From Octopus vulgaris (taxonomy: Eukaryota), in assembly GCA_951406725.2 (NCBI GenBank), contig OX597839.1:36394001-36458000 (forward strand): 64,000 nt of DNA, in the 5' to 3' direction. Positions 42,115 to 55,728 of the stretch are shown one piece after another. Position numbers and translations under genes: made by a program. Position 1 is the stretch's first letter. Every line of letters starts with the position of its first letter. The notes under the pieces are model-generated. The model did no database searches, was not told where the DNA came from, and saw only the letters and a program-made list of their open reading frames with translations.

Positions 42115-42390
42115 ACAGTCCGGTGGATTGTACTTTCACATGGCACCTATTAACAGCCAGGTATACTGTGCATCAACCTGTTTTTAGCTTGGTGGATTGT
42201 AGCTTCACATGACACCTGTTTCCAGCCAGGTGGAGTGTATCTCTACATGGTTCCTGTTTACAGCCAAGTGGAGTGTAACTCTATTCATAGTTCCTCTTTA
42301 CAGCCAAGTGAAGTGTAACTCTATTCATGGTTCCTCTTTACAGCCAAGTGGAGTGTAACTCTATTCATGGTACCTGTTTACAGCCAAGTA
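42115..42390. repeat. About 40-bp minisatellite upstream of a CTDNEP1 exon
   Basis: Unit cagccaagtggagtgtaactctattcatggttcctcttta; an additional ~80-bp duplication lies at 41815-41960. Confidence 0.85.
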
Positions 42391-42473
42391 GCCTGTGTGT
42401 TATTTTTCTCCTTTGCTTGTTTGTTTGTTTTTTGCTGGGCATCCTTATAACTTTTGTCCCACTCTGTGTCCAG

Positions 42474-42590
42474 GTTAGCCATTGGTACGACTTAGTTGTC
42501 TTCACTGCTAGTATGGAGATCTACGGTGCCGCAGTAGCAGACAAATTAGACAACAATCGAGGAATTCTAAAGAAAAGGTATTACAGACAG
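42474..42590 (+). CDS. CTDNEP1: CTDNEP1 exon (117 nt)
   Basis: gtccag/gtaagt; [39 protein letters not shown]. Confidence 0.97.
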
Positions 42591-43299
42591 GTAAGTGGTC
42601 GCTTAATTACAGGTTTTTCCTGTCACATTTGCTGTTGTTGTTACATTCCAAGTTCAAATCCTGCCCAGGCCAACTTGGCCTTTCATTTCTTTAGGGGTAG
42701 AGTAGATGTGTGTGTGTGTGTGTGTGAGGCTGTTTAATTTGATACCAGTAATATACTGAGCTCACATTTTCTCCCAAATCATTATTTAGGTATTGATAAA
42801 CTAGGTATCTGTTAATCTGACTATAATCCTTGAGCTGGCAGAAATGTTAGCACGCTGGGCGAAATGCGTGGCTGTATTTCGTCTGCCGTTACGTTTTGTG
42901 TTCAAATTCTGCCGAGGTCAACTTTGCCTTTCATCCTTTCAGGGTCGATAAATTAAGTACCAGTTATGCACTGGTGGCAATGTAATTGATTTAATCCCTT
43001 TGTCTGTCCTTGTTTGTCCCCTCTGTGTTTAGCCCCCTGTGGGTAGTAAAGAAATATACAGTAAAAGATGCTGCTACTACTACTAGTAGTAGTAGTAGTA
43101 GTGTGCCAGGCTCCTGTGTTTGCTTTGGCATGGTTTCTGTAGCTGGATGCTCTTCCCAATGCCTCTTTACCGAGTGTATTGGATGCATTTTTTGTTGGTA
43201 CCAGCATTAGGGAGGTCTGTTGAAAGACAAGACCCCCCACCCTCAACTAAGTAAGGGAATGTAATATTGAAGGATGTCAAAGTAGATGTTAATAATAGG

Positions 43300-43815
43300 A
43301 AGTGTTATCATGTCCATTGTTTTGTTTTGGTATAAAAGATGGCCTATAGCAAATATTCTGCTCAATACCACAGATTTGCTTGTCAGTTGTTTGACCTTAA
43401 CCAGTTGAGCATGTCCCTTAGTGGCTGACGATATGTGCATCTCTGATCACGAGCAGAAATAGTGGGGGAGCATCATAGCCATGTGTCGAGAGGGATTCTT
43501 TGGGGTTTGAATAATTCACCTCTGGAAGCATGGGTGTTTCATTCAACATCCTTAAACAACCCCTATTCAGAGACCTTTTGAGCAGGATGGATTACTTTAC
43601 CTGAAGAAAATTCTAACTGGGCCCCCACCTGCAAGGTCATGTGCTGTTTATCTTGATATGAGATCACCATGTCGTGCACATATGGTTGTGATGCATGTGC
43701 CTAGTGTACCCTTATCAGACGGGTAGTCATGATGGGTATACTGGGCTTCGTATATTTTACCCCAGTGTCACTTTGATGGCATGCACTGCTCTCACTCAAT
43801 AATAATAATAATAAT
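43300..43815 (+). mobile_element. Probable retroposon 3' end with (AAT)n tail
   Basis: Compositionally distinct, GC-richer block ending in caataataataataat; family not identifiable from the window. Confidence 0.45.
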
Positions 43816-44176
43816 CATGGTGAAGGTGGTGAGCTGGCGGAATTGTTAGCACACTGGACAAAATGCTTGGTGGCATTTCATCCGTCTTCTTATGTTCTGA
43901 GTTCAAATTCTGCCCTGGTTGACTTTACCTTTCATCCTTTAGGGGTCGATAAAATTATTTACCAGTTAAGCACTGAAGTTGATGCAATTGACTTTCTCCC
44001 TCCCCCAAATTGCTGACCTTGTACCAAAATTTGAAACCAATAATAATAATAATAATAATGATGATTGTAAGGAGAATGGTGATGATGGTGATGATGATGA
44101 TGATGAAGAATATGGTGACAGTGATGAGAATGGCTATGATGATGATGATGATGATTGTATGCTTATTATATTCCAG

Positions 44177-44288
44177 CATTGCAGTTTTGATTTTGGCAGT
44201 TACACCAAAGACTTAGCAGCTATCAGTAGTGACCTGTCCAGTATATTTATCTTGGATAACTCTCCAGTAGCATATAAATCTTACCCAG
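44177..44288 (+). CDS. CTDNEP1: CTDNEP1 exon (112 nt)
   Basis: ttccag/gtaagg; [37 protein letters not shown], including the FCP/SCP KDL and DNSP motifs. Confidence 0.97.
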
Positions 44289-46325
44289 GTAAGGCACCGC
44301 ATTATTTCACCATTATTATGCCACATATATGCGTGTGTGCATGTGTTTTTGTTTGTCTTGACCAGGGCTTTGCAAAGTGGAGGTCCAGTGTGGTTTATCC
44401 AGGGGATGGGGAGTTGATAAACACCTGAAATGATTTTGAGACATAAAGGTGCTGAATTATTAGCAAACTAGTTTTTTTTTCCAACATGAATCAGGTTGGA
44501 TTTAAAAAGGTCTCTCTGAAATACAATATGATGATGCATAATATGTTTGTTCCTTCTCCAGCCATGCCTGACTCATAAGGGCCGGTTTCCTGGTTTCCTT
44601 GGCACGTAAAAAGCACCATTTGAACGTGGCCGATGCCAGCGCTGCCTTGACTGGCTTCCGTGCTGATGGCACGTAAAAAGCACCAGTCTGATTGTGGCCG
44701 TTGCCAGCCTCGCCTGGCATGTAAAAAGCACCCACTACACTCACGGAGTGGTTGGTGTTAGGAAGGGCATCCAGCTGTGGAAACGCTGCCAGATAAGACT
44801 GGAGCCTGGTGCAGCCTTCTGGCTTCCCAGATCCCCGGTCGAACCGTGTAACCCATGCTAGCATAGAGAACGGACGTTAAACGATGACGATAGGTTCCCC
44901 ACCTGTATGGGACGCCTGTCCGTTGGAGGTGAGCTGCAAGATGCAGGAGGAAAGAGCGAGAGAAAGTTGTGGCGAAAGAGTCAGCAGAAGTTCGCCATTA
45001 CCTTCTGCCGGAGCCACATGGAGCTTAGGTGTTTCGTTCATAAACACACATCCTGGTCTGAGATTCGAACCTGCAATCCCTCGACCTCAAGTCCACTGCT
45101 CTAACCACTAGGCCATGTGCCTCCTGATACATAATACCTTAGCAGATATTACATCATTGACATGCAACACCACATGGCTGACTGGTGAATCGATTAAAGA
45201 CCAGGGCACACTTTTTATGAAGACATCGTGATGGAGATGATACAAAATATATTTGGAGGTGTGTAGTGATTTCAGGTTAAAACTCAATAATTTCCACATG
45301 AAATAACTGGAATTCACAAAACCCATATTTCATATCAAATATATTTATTATATCAATACTAAATTTTTATCGTTCTTTATTAATTTCATTAAGTATTTAA
45401 AGCCTTGTGAGTAGATTTGGTAGATGGAAACTGAAAGAAGCCCATTGTGCATATATATATGTGTGTGTGTGTGTGAGCCTTTGTGTCTATGGTTGTCCTC
45501 CACCACTGCTTGACAACTGGTGTTGGTGTGATTAAATTCCCGTAACTTAGTGGTCTGGCAAAAGAGAACCGATAAGATAAGTACCAGGTTTAATATGAAC
45601 AAGTATTGGGGTCGATGAGTGTAATCTGTGAAAGGGTCAATGATACAAAGAGTTTGCCAGCTCCTGGTCCAGGCTGCGTGGAAAGCAGGCATAATGATTG
45701 TAGGATGATGTTGTGTTCTGGGATGTTCCGCACATCTTTGATGTTTGGGGGTGATTTTCCATGGCATGTAGGGTGTGGGATGTATAATATGCTAACAATG
45801 TAACAGTGTGTGTGTGTGGTGTTAGGAAGGGCATCGAGCTGTAGAGACCCTGCAAAATCAGACAGTGGGGCTTGGTGCAATCCTCTGGCTTGCCACCTGT
45901 CAAACCATCCAATCCACGTCAGCATGGAAGATGGACATTAAATGATGATGATATCACTTCAGTGTTTCTTTCCTTTGTGTTATCATCACTATTTGATATC
46001 TGGTTTTCCATGCTGGTATGTGTTGGCCACTTTTTACAGGATCCAACCAGTTGCAGGGTCATGTTGAGCTCCACCGTCAACTTTGGCATGGTTTCTACAA
46101 CTGGATGCCCCCCCCAACACCAACCATTTTACAGTGTGCAACTAGGGGCTCTTTTTTTTATCATACCACTGGAACCCATAAAGTCACCAATTGACCGAGA
46201 AGAAACTAGAAAAGCCCCTTCTACTGAGTGGGTGAGGCTCTATTCTTGAGAGGGGGGAGGTGGTTTTATGCCAGAACTGGAAATGTTTTTTAAATATTTT
46301 TCTTTTTTTCTCCTTCTGTTTTCAG

Positions 46326-46468
46326 ATAATGCAATCCCCATTGACTCGTGGTTTTGCGACGCCCGTGACACAGCTCTCCTGTGTCTCTTACCCATGTTGG
46401 ACGCCCTCCGCTTTACCAACGATGTGCGTTCGGTCCTCAGTCGTAACCTCCATCTTCAGCGCCCATAA
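46326..46468 (+). CDS. CTDNEP1: CTDNEP1 terminal coding exon (143 nt incl. TAA)
   Basis: Polypyrimidine tract plus ttcag; (D)[46 protein letters not shown]. The six exons sum to 630 nt, in frame. Confidence 0.97.
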
Positions 46469-49400
46469 CATCCAACGGGCAATTTGTTAGTTGATACAAC
46501 ACCATCACCTGTTCACTTTGCTTCCTACGGGTTTGCCCGAGGCTGACCCCTCATTCTCCGGCACCACTCACAGTCTTTGTCAATGTTGTTTGTCGCTAAC
46601 AGCGGCCACAGTAGGGTTTTTTACTGTTATTGCTGCTGTTGTTGTTGTTGTTGTTATTAGGTGGTGGACAAACGGCTGCAGACTTTTATTCACTACAATC
46701 AACCACATTTCATCAATCATGGTGTTTGCCCTACGCTCAGACGTTCAGAACAGCTCGGACATCACCGACTGTCAGAACGTCTTGCGAATGTCCACCTAAA
46801 AGACAATAATAATAATAATAATAATAATGATGATGATGATGGTAATAATCTCAAGACAAACTGTCTCCCTTGTTGAGAAAGACTACCAAAATATTTTTCA
46901 AGACAAAAAAGAAAACAAAAACATCCAAACAAAAGGGAGAGAAAAAAAACAACAAAACACAACAAAAATAACAAACAAACACAAACACAATTATTTAAGA
47001 AGATGAATATCTAAAAATGACAATGAAAAAAAAGAAACACCTGTAAAAGAAGACAGGTAAAAAAATAACAATTTCATGAGATAAACAGAGAATGAAATCC
47101 ACTCCAAAGAAGACCCTTTTTTTTTTACTATCAATTTGCTGTTTATCTCTGCAGATTGCAACCCAGCCCCTTTTTCCTTTCGTTGTCACTAGAGAGTTCC
47201 ACTTGCCCTCCTCCCAAATCCCCCCCTCCTGCAGACTTTTCACCCCCCCGCCCCCCAACTCTTCAAGTCATATTGACATCTGTACATAGTTCCATGGCAA
47301 ACAATAATAATAATAATGTTGTTTCACTGAACTGAAGTGAAATGGTTTTTCTACAACATCCGGCTGTTCCTTGTGGGTCGTGTGCCGTGAAAAAGAAATC
47401 AGAGACAATGTAAAACGACCACCACCCCTCTTTAAAAAAAAAAGAAGAAAATCACAATCATTGCAGTGGGGGTGGGTTTTACCTTTTTAGCCAATCTTCA
47501 TCTCCCCTCCCTCCCCACCCCAACTACCACAATAGATGTATTCTGAATTTTTTTTTTTTTGTTTTTCTTTCACTTTAAAAGAAAAAAAGAAAGAAAAGGA
47601 GAAATAGAAAATTAATTTCTTTTTTGTTGTTTTTTTGTTTTTATTGTGATGTTTTTGGAATCTTTATCTGTTTTTATTTGAAGGAAATATTTGGAGATGA
47701 GAAAACATCATCTTGCCCTGAACTCGGGGGTTTATTTTTCTACAGAGGGACAAATAGAAAGATGGAGTCATGTACACAGAAAAAGATAGAGAGAGAAAGA
47801 GTGAGAAGACGACATTTCTTCTGTTACTCTTCGTTTTGAAATTTCACGTTTAGCCTTTTTCGCCATTTTATCTGTAATGATTCCATTCTTTCCTTGAGTT
47901 CTTGCTCCAAACCCATCCTCACCAAATAATTACAGAATATTATGTTTTGTTCTTCAGATGCTAGAATGTGTGTGTTTATGAGCAAAACGCCTAAGCTCCA
48001 TGTGGCTCCGGCAGAAGGTAATGGCAAACTTCTGCTGACTCTTTCATCATCATCATTTAACATCTGTTGTCCATGCTGGCATGGATTGGACGGTTTGACA
48101 GGGCTGCGCCAGACTCCAGTCTGATTTGGCATGGTTTTCTATGGCTGGATGCCCTTCCTAACGCCAACCACTCTCAGAGTGTAATGGGTGCCAATTTGCA
48201 TGACACTGGTATCTGCCATGACTGCGATTTTGCTCAGTTTGATGGGTCTTCTTCTCAAATACAACATAATGCCAGAGGTCTCGGCCATTGCCTCTGTGAG
48301 GCCCAACACTCGAAAGGAACTTAGCCACTTTGCCTCTGTAAGGTCCAACACTCAAAAGGAACTCAGCTACTTTGTCTCTGTAAGGCCCAGCATTTGAATC
48401 ACTGCAGATGAGATATATACAGCTTGGGTTGGGTCTCAAGTTGGAAAAGAACCACTGATGCTCTCTTCATAGTGACTTCTCTTGCTATTGTTTCACTAAC
48501 CTCTCCACTCAGTGTTGATTGATCAAGAGAAGGCTTTTGACAGAATATGCTCTTTAATCCAACAAAAAAAAAACGAGATTCCCTGTGAGAGAAGAAGGGC
48601 AGATGGCATGATGCAGGTGCTTGAATCGTAGTGAGATGTAGACACTTAGTGCAAAGGTTGGGAATAGTAACAAGGTAGATTTGTCAACCTGAGGCTATAG
48701 TAAAAGATACTTGCCTAAGGTGCGATGCAGAAGGAGTGAACCCAGAAACATATGGTCAGGAAGCAAGCTTCTTATCGTACAGCCATGCCTGAGCTTGCAT
48801 ACATCATCTATAATATAAATATTGTACATTCATTGAATGTATAATATTATGGTAGAGGAATGCTGAGATAGAGAAGAGCCGAGAGAAGAACTGGTTATCA
48901 GAGGGATCAAATGTATTGCAGAAAAGCAGAAGCAGGGGATTCGTGTGGAAGGATCCAATTGAAGGGGAATAGTAAAGAAGTGGTGAAGGCTAACCTCAGG
49001 ATCTTGGTCCTCACGGGAGATGAGGATGGAATACAACAGAGGCAGGACTCACCAAACTTATGCAAGCATGGGAAAATAGACGTAAAAATGTGGATTATGT
49101 GTATAGTATATATATATATAGTGGAAGAGGAAAAACTATATATTATGTACGTACGTGCATGTCCTTGGTGATGTGTGAGGGCATGAAATGACATTGCTAT
49201 CAAGTGGAATCGTGTCCGAGGACGGACGTATTCCAGCTATCTTGTCGAAGGAACTATGAAAGTCTTAAGAAGGCTTAATCGGTTGCATTTGCAGCTATTT
49301 ATAGCGAAAGAGATCCTAAAGAAACACGGAAAATGCTGTCAAATGTGAGGATCCGGGGTAAAAACAAGGGACATAACTGGTACAACGAAGGGAGATAACT

Positions 49401-49748
49401 GGCATTACCTCATTATTTATAAAAGTTCTTAAGCGGGAATTGCATTAAACTTAAGTCTTTTTTTTTTTATTATTTTGAAGAATGTGAGAATAACAATATT
49501 TCAAATATTACTATAGCAACAACAATCTTTGGACAAAGCAGAGAGTTCAATATTTAGAAGAGATTTCTGGTTGAGCAGAATCGTAAGAGAGTCAGGAAAA
49601 ATGGTTCCCCATCTCTTTACACATGTATATATATAAATATAAGGAAGTTGTTTCAATTATTTGTACTTCACTTTGACTCTCAGAGTCCAAAATTATTACA
49701 TAGAAAACGAATTATTAAAATATGTTCCAATTATAATTATTTCTATGT

Positions 49749-49987
49749 GGAGGTGCATGGCTTAGTGGTTAGGGTGTCAGCATCATAATCGTAAGATTGT
49801 GGTTTCAATTCCTGGACCGGGCGACGCGTTGTGTTCTTGAGCAAAACACTTCATTTTCACGTTGCTCCAGCCTACTCAGCTGGCAAAAATGAGTAACACT
49901 GCAATGGACTGGCGTCCCGTCCAGATGGGGGAACACATATGCCATAGAAACCGGGCCCATGAGCCTGGCTAGGCTGTAAAAGGCCAC
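49749..49987 (+). mobile_element. V-SINE-like element
   Basis: tRNA-like head (tggcttagtggttagg) and V-core-like ctgcaatggactggcgtcccgtccag. Confidence 0.7.
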
Positions 49988-50302
49988 ATTTTAAAAAAAA
50001 ATAATTTCTAGTTATTAATAGTAGATATTTTTAAGGTGCTAAACAGGTGGAATCATTAGCGCATCAGACAAAATGCTTAATTTCTTTCAAAACCCTACAT
50101 TCTGAACTGAAATCTTGTCAAGACCAACTTGGCTTTATGCCTTTTTGGAGGTCAATAAACTAAAGTACTTGTCAAATATGGCGTGAGGGATTATCAACTT
50201 GCCTTCTCCCACTAAGATTGTTTTTCCCTTGTGTTTCAATTTGAAACCATTCTTTTATCTGTTTCACTGGACTACAGCTATGCTGGGACACCATCTTGAA
50301 GG

Positions 50303-50505
50303 TATTTGTATCTAGGGCGTCACCCTTTGTAGCAGTTAACTATTATGCTGCTACACAAGTCATTGGGGATGACTCCTTCGTGTATCACCTGGTTAACTAT
50401 ACGGGTGACTAGGCTGTAGCCGACACTGCCAGATATTTTGAGCATCTCTGCAGTAATACCTGATGCGCCTGGGGCTTTCCCTGTCTTCATGCTTCTAATT
50501 GCCTT
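50303..50505 (-). mobile_element. RTE-clade LINE fragment (RT N-terminal part)
   Basis: KAIRSMKTGKAPGASGITAEMLK...IPNDLCSSIIVNCYKG. Confidence 0.85.
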
Positions 50506-51198
50506 ACACATACATACACATATTCATACATATACATATACACACACATATATATATATACACATACATATATATATACACACATACATATATACACACA
50601 CAGATATATATATACACACACACATATATATATATACACACACACATATATATATATATATATAATTAAATTTGGAGTATAACTGAGTTAAAGATATTAG
50701 AGAGTTTGTTTTTTAAAGCCAAATTATATCTTCAAAGATAAATACATATTTCTGTCTATTTTTACCTTAAAAATTAAACATTTAACATAATAAATGTGTC
50801 ATAGGAAATAATCCTAATGTTTTCAGTTTCTAATTTAGTTAATGGAGATTTTTCTATAAGAAAAATTATTATTTTATTTACTTCTTAAATAAATAGTTTA
50901 ACTCTATTTGCTAATTTATTTAACTATTATCATTAACCTATTATGACTATAATTTTAATTCGAATTTTTTTCGGTTGAATTTAAACTTAATCAGCCATGA
51001 AATACACTTAATTATTACTTATTATATTATATTTATCATTCTTTTTATACTTTTTTAGATCTAGTTATAAGTTATATATTATTAAAAAATATATATATAT
51101 GTATATAGATATATATTATTTGTTATTTATATAGTTATACTGTGAAATTTGATTTAATACTAAATTGAATTTTTCTGTTATACTCCCTAATATTATAT

Positions 51199-51239
<41 letters not shown>

Positions 51240-51361
51240 CATATATATATATATACATACATATATATATACATACATACACACACATATATATATATAC
51301 AAACATATATATACATACATGCACATATATATACATACATACATACATATATATATACATA

Positions 51362-51575
51362 CATTTTCACACAGCTATCCTCATCCATTCTCGCCACATG
51401 ACCATACCAGCGCAGTCGTCTCTCTTGCACACCACATCTGATGCTTCTTAGGTCCAACTTTTCTCTCAAAGAACTTACACTCTGTCGAGTATGCACACTG
51501 ACATTACACATCCATCGGATCATACTGGATTCATTCTTTGTGAGTTTATGCATATCCTCAGCAGTCATGGCCCAT
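51362..51575 (-). mobile_element. RTE-clade LINE fragment (C-terminal part)
   Basis: ESSMIRWMCNVS...[20 protein letters not shown]. Confidence 0.85.
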
Positions 51576-51849
51576 ACTTTATTTTATTGACCCCAGAAGA
51601 ATGAAAGGCTAAGCTGAACCAGGCAGAACTTGAACCCAGCATATAAATGGAAATCAACCTATCACTCTTCTAACTTTGCCATGAAAGTGCATGGCCTTGT
51701 GGTTAGGGTGTTCAGCTTATAATCATTAAGGCTGTAAGATCAATTCCTGAATCAGGCAGCATGTTGTGTTCTGGAGCATTTCACATTCTCCCCTCAAATA
51801 TTATTCAAGTCACAGAAAACCATGAACACCACTACATCAAATAGCTATG

Positions 51850-52910
51850 TAAGATTTAAATATATCATTTTCAAACTAGCTATTGCCTCAATGGTCCTGT
51901 GGGTAAAGACATACAGACATAGCAACACATATACCCCTTGGACAACGGATCAATCTTGGCCCATGGCATATACTGATTGTGTTTTTTGTTTTCTTCCTCC
52001 TTTTAACACATCTCGAGAGAAAAATAAAATGAAATCTGAGACTGAAACCTCCATCCACCCCCACTGTTATTGATTTATTAGTCTGATAGGTTTAAATATA
52101 TTATTTTCACACTAGTTATTGTTGTTGTCTTGATGGTCTTGTGGGTAGAGTCATGGACACAGTAACACCCAAACCTCTTTAACTAAGGTTCAAACTTTGT
52201 GAAAGTAGTCGGTGTTTTTTTTTTTCTCCCAACCTTCTCCATTTACAGAAAAAAAAATAAAATCATATCACAGTCCCTACCTGAGACTGAACCTTTCATC
52301 TATCTACCCCACTGTCTTATTTGTAACCAACCCCCCTTTATCTACTGGGCCATTAGGCCCGTAATACTACTTATAGTAAAAATGAGATACTTAAATCTAT
52401 TTTAATGATTGGTTGGTGATAGATTTAAATATATTACTTTCAAAGTAGCTATTGTTGTTGTCTCAATGGTCTTGTGGGTAAAGTCATGGACACAGTAATG
52501 CACAAACCTCTTTAACTAAGGTTCAATCTTGGCCTGAGGCTCCTTGTTAAATTTTTTTTTTCTCCATTTACAGAAAAAAATAAAACAAAATAAGATCCTA
52601 TCACAGTCCCTACCTGGGACTGGAACCTCTATCTACCCCACTGTCTTGTTTGTAACCTACCACCCTTATCCACTGGGCCATAAGGCCAGTAATACTACTT
52701 ATACCAAAAATGAGATATTTAAATCTATTTTAATGATTGGTTATTGATTAAATTAGCCTGATAGGTTTAAATATATTATTTTCACACTAGTTAATGTTGT
52801 TGTCTCAATGGTCTTGTGGGTAAAGTCATGGACCCAGTAACACACACACACACACAAACCTCTTTAACAAAGTTTCAATCTTGGCCTGAGGCTCTTTGTT
52901 AATTTTTTTT
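51850..52910. repeat. Diverged tandem duplication, about 340-bp unit
   Basis: tttaaatatattattttca...atggtcttgtgggta recurs near 51855, 52090, 52425 and 52765. Confidence 0.85.
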
Positions 52911-53719
52911 AAATATATATTAACAGCAATAGATAATTACTGTATATATACATATTTCATAGCAAGAGATGGCAGTATGGGTTTCCGCCCCGACATCCGA
53001 AACTACTGAATAATTGTCACATATTACATTTTAAATGTATAACACATATATAAATATATGTATGTGTGTGTATATCATATAAGACTTCTTGTAGTTTTTA
53101 TAGTTATAATATATATATTATAAACACACACTCTCTAATGTAAGAGATCACTTTTGGCTGCTTGGCTTCAGAATCAAAGCCATAATTTAGATTTCACTCC
53201 AACACTTTCCCCCTTTCTCTAATCTACAGCACATCAGAATTGATGAGGTCAGCTGTTATTTTTGTTATGTTACTTTCTTAGTTTAAGTAGCTCCATAGAT
53301 CACCAAGAGTTGAAACATAGATAAGGAATTTCTTTGTTCTGGTGCAGACGTTAAGTTGCTTCAGACAATATAAACAGAACCCATTCTCTTAGCCCCATGT
53401 TCAGTACTTTTCCATCACTTTAATGCAACGGTCAGTTCTTCCTTGTTTGCTTTGCTTTCTAGCAGACAGCTTGACCTGTCAGACACACCACTTCCACCCC
53501 TCAAAGTAGATTCCCTTTATCGCTGCTGCTACTAACTTAAGAGACATGTCACACTGGCCACAGTGAACTACAGATTTGCCAACGACACATCATCGCTCTG
53601 TGGCTTTCTTCTTTCTAAAACTTGCTTTCTTATGCTTTCAACACTTCTCTCTACTATGACATTAGTAATGCACATCTCCCTTAACTGTTACACACACACA
53701 TATAAATATATCAACTTAA

Positions 53720-53929
53720 CCCTTAAGCATTCAGATTATTCTGTCAAATGTAAAGCTTATGTATTCACACCATGTAAAATTAATCTTGCATCATTTCATG
53801 GCTTTGAGATTTCAATGATGCAATTGTCTATTTTTAAAATGACACAATAAGATAGCTATGAATGACCATATCTGACTAGTTTGAACATAAAACAGGTAGA
53901 ATATTTTGGCCAGTTTGAACACCAAAGGG
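53720..53929. mobile_element. Degenerate piggyBac-like MITE
   Basis: TTAA|CCCTTAAGC...CCAAAGGG|TTAA; related to 5447-5667 in the opposite orientation. Confidence 0.65.
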
Positions 53930-54280
53930 TTAAATACGTAGCTAAAAGATGGCTAGGTACATAAATTGATGAGGTGGGAAAGAGAGAGAGAGAGAGCAAT
54001 ATATTAGTTTGTGTAGAATAAGCAAAGATGTCAAATGCGATCTGTGGTTTTGTTGTTTTGATAGTAACAAGCTGAGTTGTATGAATAGCAAAGTCTGTTC
54101 ACATGACTTGTCGACCAATGACTGAGCTGACTGCTTGGAGACATCACTCATATCTGTCGCACATCAATTCACGTACTTAATACTATATAATGCAATTGCA
54201 GCATAAAGCTGTAGTCAACATTTATTATGTCTCACTTCATCAATAAACAGTAACAAAAACTATACATTTTATATATATAT

Positions 54281-54580
54281 AAAATATTAGAAAGAAACCA
54301 CCTTTTATCAATTCAAAATGGATAATTAAATTACACCATCTAGAAAATTACATATAATAGAAAAGTTAAAATTAAAATAACAATTAAAAAGTAAAGGTTA
54401 AGTAAATTACAAAAATAATATAATGTATATAATAGGTAGAAAAACATTTTGAATTGATAAAAGGTGGTTTTTTCCCTAATATTTTATATATATATTATAT
54501 TGTGTGGAATTTGACTTAGTATTTCTAAATTGAATTCTTTTTCCCTGTAAGTTTGGATTTTATTCCCTCAAATAATAATT
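54281..54580. mobile_element. (TA)n-embedded element with 40-bp outer inverted repeats, plus a second end fragment
   Basis: 54281-54320 is inverted at 54445-54485; 54538-54569 (ttttccctgtaagtttggattttattccct) matches the reverse complement of 35804-35832. Confidence 0.6.
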
Positions 54581-54911
54581 TATATATATATATATATAGT
54601 TTTCTACTATAGCCTTGTGAGTAGATTTGGTAGATGGAAACTGAAAGAAGCTTGTCATGTATATATATATATATGTATATGTGTGTCTGTTTGTCTGTCC
54701 CATCCCCACCATTGTTTGACTACCCAGGCTGGTGTGGGTACATCCCGTTAGCTTAGCAGTTCGGCAAAAGAAACCGACAGAACAAGTCCTGGGGTTGATT
54801 TGCTTGGTTAAAGGCGGTGCTCCAGCACTGCCACAGTCAAATGACTGAAACAAATAACAGAATAAAAGAATATATATATGTGTATATATATATATATATG
54901 TATGTATATAT

Positions 54912-55728
54912 GTTGTTGACAGGGCCATTAGGGAAAAGAAACAGGCATGGAAGGCCTAGAAGAACATTGGTAGCAGGGAACTGTATCAGATCAGCACCAG
55001 GGAAGCTAGGAGACAGGTTTACTTAGCCAGAGGGGAAGCAGATAAGAAAAAAAAAATTGCCAATGTTCTGTGTTGTGAGGGCCAAAGACTTGAAGAGTTT
55101 CATGTTGCAAGACAGTGTGTGAGAGAGAACCGTGATGTCGTAGAAGAGAAATGTGTCTGCATGGATGATGGCTCACTTGCATTTAATGAGGCTGCAAAGA
55201 GAGAGAGAGTTGGAGATGCCACTATGAAAGGTTGCTAAATGAAGAGAATGAATGGGAGAAAGTCTGCCGAATGTTGATCCAACAGAGGGATCAGCTATTC
55301 GAATTGACAGTTCCTTGGTAGATAAAGCAATTAAGAGTATGAAAACAGAGGTATCAAATTGTTGGATTGGGTAACGAAAGTCACAGAAAGGCTCATAGCC
55401 CAACTAATTAGGGAGGGAGTTAGTCTAGACAAGATGCAGTTTGGGTTTGTGCCAGGGAAAAGTACCACTGATGCTGTATTTCTGATAAGACAGTTGCAGG
55501 AGAAATACCTAGCCAAAGACAAACCTCTCTACTTGGCTTTTGTTGACATGGAAAAACCTTTGACAGGGTCCCCTAATCCCTTATCTGGTGGTCAATGTGG
55601 AAACTAAGGATAGATAAGTGGTTAGTGAGAGCTGTACAAGCCATGTACAGGGAAGCTGTCAATAAGGTGAGGGTCGGCAACGAGTATAGTGGGTAGGGCT
55701 CACCAAGGATCAGTCCTCAGCCCCCCTC
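54912..55728 (+). mobile_element. Degenerate RTE LINE fragment (RT core)
   Basis: MQFGFVPGKSTTDAVFLIRQLQEKY...LYLAFVDMEK and HQGSVLSP, with frameshifts and deletions. Confidence 0.88.

Noticed and set aside
43979-44176. Acidic N/D-rich extension in frame with a CTDNEP1 exon
   Set aside because: Intronic (AAT)/(GAT) microsatellite upstream of a canonical acceptor at 44176
50303-55350. RTE fragment at 50.3 kb covers roughly the segment deleted from the RTE copy at 55.35 kb
   Set aside because: The overlapping bases differ substantially (gcaattagaagcatgaagacag vs gcaattaagagtatgaaaacag), so these are likely independent copies; the deletion is explained by ACAG microhomology
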